From the NCBI GenBank assembly GCA_043750125.1, contig JAYVCD010000452.1:1-18933 (forward strand): a stretch of DNA of 18,933 bases. Direction: 5' to 3'. Below the pieces are notes generated by a model. That model did not search any database, was not told the DNA's origin, and was given only the letters and a program-made list of their open reading frames with translations. Shown one piece after another: positions 15,087 through 18,933 of this stretch. Source of the stretch: Archangiaceae bacterium (lineage in GTDB: Bacteria; Myxococcota; Myxococcia; Myxococcales; Myxococcaceae). The position numbers were made by a program, and so were the translations under genes. Within the stretch, counting starts at the first letter, position 1, and every line of letters starts with the position of its first letter.

Positions 15087-16043
15087 GTGAATTCCCCTAC
15101 CGAGCGTCGCATCGCCCTCTTCATCGACTTCGAGAACCTCGTCACCAACACGGGGATCACCGCCTCGAATTTTGATCTGCAGCCCGCGCTCGATCGCCTG
15201 CTCGAAAAGGGAAAGGTCATCTTCCGTCGGGCGTACTGCGACTGGTCGCGCTTCAAGGACGCCAAGAGCCACCTGCACGAGTTCGGCGTCGAGCTGGTCG
15301 ATGTGCCGCCGTCGACGCGCGCCGGAAAGAACAGCGCCGACATGCGGCTGGTGATCGACGCGCTCGAGCTTTGTTACGCCCGCGAGCACATCAACACCTT
15401 CGTCATCGCCTCGGGGGACAGCGACTTCTGCCCCCTGGCCTACAAGCTGCGCGAGAACGACCGGTTCGTGATTGGGCTCGCGGTGAAGGAAGCCACCTCG
15501 CCCTTCTTCGTCAAAGCCTGCGACGAGTTCATCTACTTGCGAGGGCAGGGAAGGGGCGAAGAGCGCAGCAGCGCGCGACCGGCCTCGAGTCGAACCAGCA
15601 GCAGCAGCGGCAGTCGGCCGGATGCCCGGCACGGCCCCGCCTCGTCCTCGGGCGAATCGGCTTCGAAGAAGCCCCGCGCGGTGCCTGAGATCGCCCGCGA
15701 AGTGGTCTCGAGCCTGCTTTCGCGCGCCACTGGCCCCGTCAACCCGTCCTTGATCAAAGAGACCATCGTCCGCAAGCAGCCCGACTTCGACGAGCGGGAC
15801 CACGGCTTCTCGACCTTCTCGCGGATGCTCGAGGCGATGGAGAAAGAAGGGCTGCTCAAACGCCAGCAGCAAGGCCGCCAGTGGTACGTGGTCGCGGTGG
15901 GCGAAGGCCTTGCCGAGCCGAAGGCGGGCAGCGAGGGTGAGCATGATCGCCACCTGCCTGCAGAACCGCACGACGTTCACGAGCACCACGAGCCGGAAGA
16001 AGAGTCGATTCCGGATCCGGAAGACGACGACCTCGCGCTTTAA
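15087..16043 (+). CDS. NYN (LabA/DUF88, PIN-like) domain protein with C-terminal LOTUS/OST-HTH domain
   Basis: IALFIDFEN, RAYCDW, KNSADMRLVIDA, SGDSDF and ACDEFIY; a Ser-rich linker; then PDFDERDHGFSTFSRMLE. Confidence 0.92.
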   Translation: MNSPTERRIALFIDFENLVTNTGITASNFDLQPALDRLLEKGKVIFRRAYCDWSRFKDAKSHLHEFGVELVDVPPSTRAGKNSADMRLVIDALELCYAREHINTFVIASGDSDFCPLAYKLRENDRFVIGLAVKEATSPFFVKACDEFIYLRGQGRGEERSSARPASSRTSSSSGSRPDARHGPASSSGESASKKPRAVPEIAREVVSSLLSRATGPVNPSLIKETIVRKQPDFDERDHGFSTFSRMLEAMEKEGLLKRQQQGRQWYVVAVGEGLAEPKAGSEGEHDRHLPAEPHDVHEHHEPEEESIPDPEDDDLAL

Positions 16044-16159
16044 GTCGAACCCGCCGTGCCTTCCGGTTTCCGCCGGCGCCTCTCGATTCACCGGGCGACG
16101 AGAACGGGCTTCTTACAGATGTGAACGGGCCGCTCGGCGATCGAGCACCATTTCTGCCC

Positions 16160-16606
16160 TCAGCGGCTTGGGCGATCTCGCCAGACCAAGACCGGACAAG
16201 CCGCGTGCTGCACCACCTGTTGGCTGACCGAGCCGAGCAACAGGCGTCGAGCGATCCCCAGGCCGCGCGCTCCAAGAACGATCAGGTCGACGGCATTGTG
16301 CTCGGCCCAGGTGCAGATCGTCTCACTCACCGGGCCCAGCTCGACGGCGTGGCTCACCTTGACCGTCGAGTGCTCAGCGGCGATCTCCGTGAAGAGCGTT
16401 TTGATCTTTTCGATGTCTTCGTCCGACCTCGGCAGGCTCAGCGGCAGATAGCCAGACAGGGGGCCCAGCGGAATCATCTCGACGGGCGGCAACACCGACA
16501 GCAGTGTGACTTTGGCGTTGGCCTGGGCCGCGAGCGCCAGCCCATACCGCGCGGCGTGTCTGGAAGGCACCGAGCCGTCCACCGCGATGGCGATGTGGTG
16601 GATCAT
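16160..16606 (-). CDS. Universal stress protein (UspA family)
   Basis: IAIAVDGS, DLIVLGARG and LLGSVSQQVVQHAACPVLV. Confidence 0.95.
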   Translation of the reverse strand: MIHHIAIAVDGSVPSRHAARYGLALAAQANAKVTLLSVLPPVEMIPLGPLSGYLPLSLPRSDEDIEKIKTLFTEIAAEHSTVKVSHAVELGPVSETICTWAEHNAVDLIVLGARGLGIARRLLLGSVSQQVVQHAACPVLVWRDRPSR

Positions 16607-16646
16607 GAGCCGTTGCCCCAGGCGCTCAGTCGTCGGGTGCGAACCT

Positions 16647-16811
16647 TCATCGCGGGCTCACTGCCGCCGGAAGCTGCTTCTGCCTGCTCCGGTATGGGCG
16701 GTGCTCCACTGCTGGGGCCGCGGTGCTGAGGACGAGCACTCCGCCGCCGCTCGCCAGCTCGAGACAGCCACTGCCTGGCTCGGGCTCCTTGACTGCTTCG
16801 ACTTCGATCAT
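16647..16811 (-). CDS. Small hypothetical ORF (54 aa), possibly a gene remnant or leader
   Basis: Strong SD GAGGAGGT just before ATG 16811, downstream of a sigma54-like promoter. No recognisable domain. Confidence 0.4.
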   Translation of the reverse strand: MIEVEAVKEPEPGSGCLELASGGGVLVLSTAAPAVEHRPYRSRQKQLPAAVSPR

Positions 16812-16856
16812 GGGTACCTCCTCTTTGAAGCATGGTTGGCGTGCGGCGCAGGCGAA

Positions 16857-16873
16857 TGCAAAGCGAGGGCCGG
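16857..16873 (-). promoter_or_regulatory. sigma54-type promoter towards the USP gene
   Basis: Minus strand CCGGCCCTCGCTTTGCA has GG-N10-GC spacing with TTGCA at -12. Confidence 0.55.
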
Positions 16874-16940
16874 AACTCGCGCGAAGCCAGGACGCCGCGG
16901 CCGGACCCCGAGAGCTGCGGTTGCTGCGTCGCCTTCGCGT

Positions 16941-16959
16941 AGGTGCAGCGTCTGCACCT
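16941..16959. promoter_or_regulatory. Inverted repeat AGGTGCAG-N3-CTGCACCT, candidate enhancer-binding-protein site
   Basis: Perfect 8-bp arms, lying between two divergent sigma54-like promoters. Confidence 0.5.
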
Positions 16960-17010
16960 TCAACTCGGTCTCTGCTCGCGCAGCTCTCCGAGCATTCCAA
17001 TTGGCAAGCA

Positions 17011-17027
17011 CTGGCGCATGAGATGCA
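17011..17027 (+). promoter_or_regulatory. sigma54-type promoter towards the hemerythrin-domain gene
   Basis: CTGGCGCATGAGATGCA: GG (17013-14), N10, GC (17025-26), close to the consensus TGGCAC-N5-TTGCA. Confidence 0.6.
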
Positions 17028-17083
17028 CCCAGCCTGTGAGCCGCATCTGCCGATGGTGCGGGGCGAAGGTCACCCAAGGATTC

Positions 17084-17563
17084 ATGTTCTCTGCGCCACT
17101 CAAGAAATCCGACTCGACTCTGATGAGCTTCGAAGAGCTCGCGACGAACGAGCACCAGCAGCTCGCCAGGATCCTCGAGGACGTGGCAGTCCTGACCGAG
17201 CGTGCTTCGTATGTTCAGAGCGCGCAGCGGTTTGGCGAGCTGCGGCGAATGGTCGAGCGACACATCACCGCCGAAGAGCGCGTCGTGCTGCCGCTGTTCA
17301 TCGAACGCACCGGAGGTTCAGCCGACATCGTCGCGCAGCTGCGCAACGAACACATCCGCATCCTTCATTTGATCGACGGGGTGGGGTCGGCGATTTCCGG
17401 GTGGGATCGCACCGGCTTTGGCAACGCGGTCATCGAGCTGCGAGAGGCGTTGCGCGCGCACGACGCAACCGAGGCCCTGGTCCTTCACCCCGCCCTCAAC
17501 GATGTGATTGCGACGGCGATGGATTGGAGATGCCTCTGTGCGGCCGCAGGAGTCGACTGTTGA
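17084..17563 (+). CDS. Hemerythrin-like (HHE cation-binding) domain protein
   Basis: NEH ... HITAEE ... NEH ... HDATE gives the H / HxxxE / H / HxxxE pattern. An AAGGA SD-like sequence precedes ATG 17084. Confidence 0.85.
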   Translation: MFSAPLKKSDSTLMSFEELATNEHQQLARILEDVAVLTERASYVQSAQRFGELRRMVERHITAEERVVLPLFIERTGGSADIVAQLRNEHIRILHLIDGVGSAISGWDRTGFGNAVIELREALRAHDATEALVLHPALNDVIATAMDWRCLCAAAGVDC

Positions 17564-17820
17564 ATGCCGCAACCGCTTTCTCCTGACGAGCTCAGGCGCA
17601 GGCCACATCCTCGAAATGTTCGAGTTGTTGGGCCGCGGGCAGATGCTCGAAGGCGTCGCTCCTCTGACGGTCGGCCTCATTGAGGTGCAAAAACCCGGGT
17701 TGGAGCGCTGAAGTCCGGGGCCGTCTTCGGAGAAGCGCGAGCGCGGCACCAGCGCTGAGCGCGTTTCGCCCGGTTGGTATTGGGTCTGGAGCGGGGTCGA
17801 GAACGCCCGCCGCCAGGAGA

Positions 17821-18651
17821 TCAGCGAACGAAGCTCACCAGTTGATCGAGCTGGAGCGGGACCTGCGTTCCTCCCGACCGGACCTGTGCGTCGAACTTCA
17901 GGTTCGCGCTGCCGCCCTTGATCGCGTTCACCGCTGCGCTGCCCGCTGAGAAGAAGTTGATCGTCAGCGGCAGCGAAACCTGGCGCGCGCCCTTCGCTTC
18001 GAGCTGACCCAACGTTCCGGTCGAAAGGGTGCCGACGGAAGCTCCGGCGATCGACAGCGAGCCGACCACCTCGTTGAGGTCGAGCGGAAAGCTCGAGCGG
18101 TTGGTGACGGACAGCGGGAATTCCACCGTCGCCCCTTGAAGCGAAATCTGGGTCACCTTCGGATTGGCGAACTGCACCTGCGGCAACTTCGGGGTCTCGA
18201 AGACGTTCTGGACCGAGAGCGGAAACGAGACGATCCCAATCGGAGTCTGCAACCCGATGGATCCCTCGACCCGCCACGTCGCGGTGTCTTTGGTCAGCAG
18301 CGCTTCGATCGCCGGGACGATGTCGAGGAACCGAATCTGTGCGGGGAAGGTGAGCTCGGTCGAACCATTGGCTGGAATCTGCAGACCCTTCTGCGGTGTG
18401 CCGGCGACGACCTGCTTGTCATCGACGAACAACGCGTAGTCGATTGCCGCGAGGGAAAGCCCGACCGCGTTGGGGTTGTCGAGCTGCCACACGGTGTCGA
18501 GGCCGATGCCCGCGAGGGACGCGTTGTGCAGCGCGACGTTCTTGAATCGGAAGTTTGGTTTTTGGAAAACGCTCGTCATCAGGTCATTGAGGAACGCGCA
18601 GCCTGCGAGCAGAACGGACGCGGCAACGAGAGGAAGGACGAAGCGTTTCAT
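17821..18651 (-). CDS. Lipoprotein with two tandem LEA_2 (WHy) domains
   Basis: Signal peptide and lipobox LLAG-C. Two beta-rich repeats with LDNPNAVGLSLAAIDYAL and VTNRSSFPLDLNEVVGSL. Confidence 0.88.
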   Translation of the reverse strand: MKRFVLPLVAASVLLAGCAFLNDLMTSVFQKPNFRFKNVALHNASLAGIGLDTVWQLDNPNAVGLSLAAIDYALFVDDKQVVAGTPQKGLQIPANGSTELTFPAQIRFLDIVPAIEALLTKDTATWRVEGSIGLQTPIGIVSFPLSVQNVFETPKLPQVQFANPKVTQISLQGATVEFPLSVTNRSSFPLDLNEVVGSLSIAGASVGTLSTGTLGQLEAKGARQVSLPLTINFFSAGSAAVNAIKGGSANLKFDAQVRSGGTQVPLQLDQLVSFVR

Positions 18652-18741
18652 GAAGCAGGGTTACCAAGTTGAAGGCGACGGCGCGACAAAAGGTCGCCCG
18701 CCTCTCACGATCTGCGGGTGCACTGGGCTATGCCTGCGCGC

Positions 18742-18933
18742 ATGCGATTCTTCATCGTCGGCTGTTCTTTGCTCTTCGTCCTCGCCTGCGGGAATTCGGG
18801 TTCCAACCAGTGCACGTCCTGCCTCGGGTGCTGCAACAGCCGCGGGCTCTGTGAATCGGGCAACGCCAACGCAGTCTGCGGCGCTGCGGGAGCGACGTGC
18901 GTCGCCTGCGCTGGAACCACCACCTGCCAGACC
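18742..18933 (+). CDS. Cys-rich lipoprotein, N-terminal part, running off the window
   Basis: MRFFIVGCSLLFVLA-CGNSGSNQCTSCLGCCNSRGLCESGNANAVCGAAGATCVACAGTTTCQT: lipobox plus a CxGCC...CGxxGxxCxxC module typical of myxobacterial secreted proteins. Alternative in-frame ATG at 18730. Not in the ORF track. Confidence 0.85.
   Translation, partial: MRFFIVGCSLLFVLACGNSGSNQCTSCLGCCNSRGLCESGNANAVCGAAGATCVACAGTTTCQT

Noticed and set aside
16943-17083. Upstream extension of the hemerythrin ORF containing CxxC (CRWC)
   Set aside because: Overlaps the predicted promoter; the SD-like sequence supports a start at 17084.
17564-17820. Short ORFs between the hemerythrin and LEA_2 genes
   Set aside because: No convincing start, SD or motif, and no clear terminator identified.
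1-18933. CRISPR arrays, tRNA/rRNA genes, transposases or integrases
   Set aside because: No regularly spaced repeats, RNA-gene signatures or recombinase motifs seen on reading.

Overview
GC-rich bacterial DNA. The Cys-rich lipoproteins, sigma54-type promoters and FAAL/PKS content suggest Myxococcota, but this is an inference. The core (1577-15066) is a divergent lipid-biosynthesis locus. The minus arm carries a fatty acyl-AMP ligase, a stand-alone ACP, a soluble di-iron acyl-ACP desaturase, a 2238-aa type I PKS (KS-AT-ACP-KR-DH, no ER, no TE) fused to a PLP-dependent alpha-oxoamine synthase of the SPT/AONS family, a CMAS-family methyltransferase with non-canonical active-site residues, and a 31-aa membrane peptide missing from the ORF track. 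The plus arm carries two tandem YghO/bacterial ceramide synthase-like GNAT genes and an NYN-LOTUS gene. Together this reads as a PKS-based sphingolipid (ceramide) assembly line that could make unsaturated, methyl-modified long-chain bases; I do not recognise it as a characterised system. The left flank has a perfect 24-bp palindrome at the window start, a hypothetical gene with a terminator and a broken lipoprotein gene. The right flank has a USP/hemerythrin pair behind back-to-back sigma54-like promoters, a two-domain LEA_2 lipoprotein and a truncated Cys-rich lipoprotein. All family calls come from motif reading; no searches were run.
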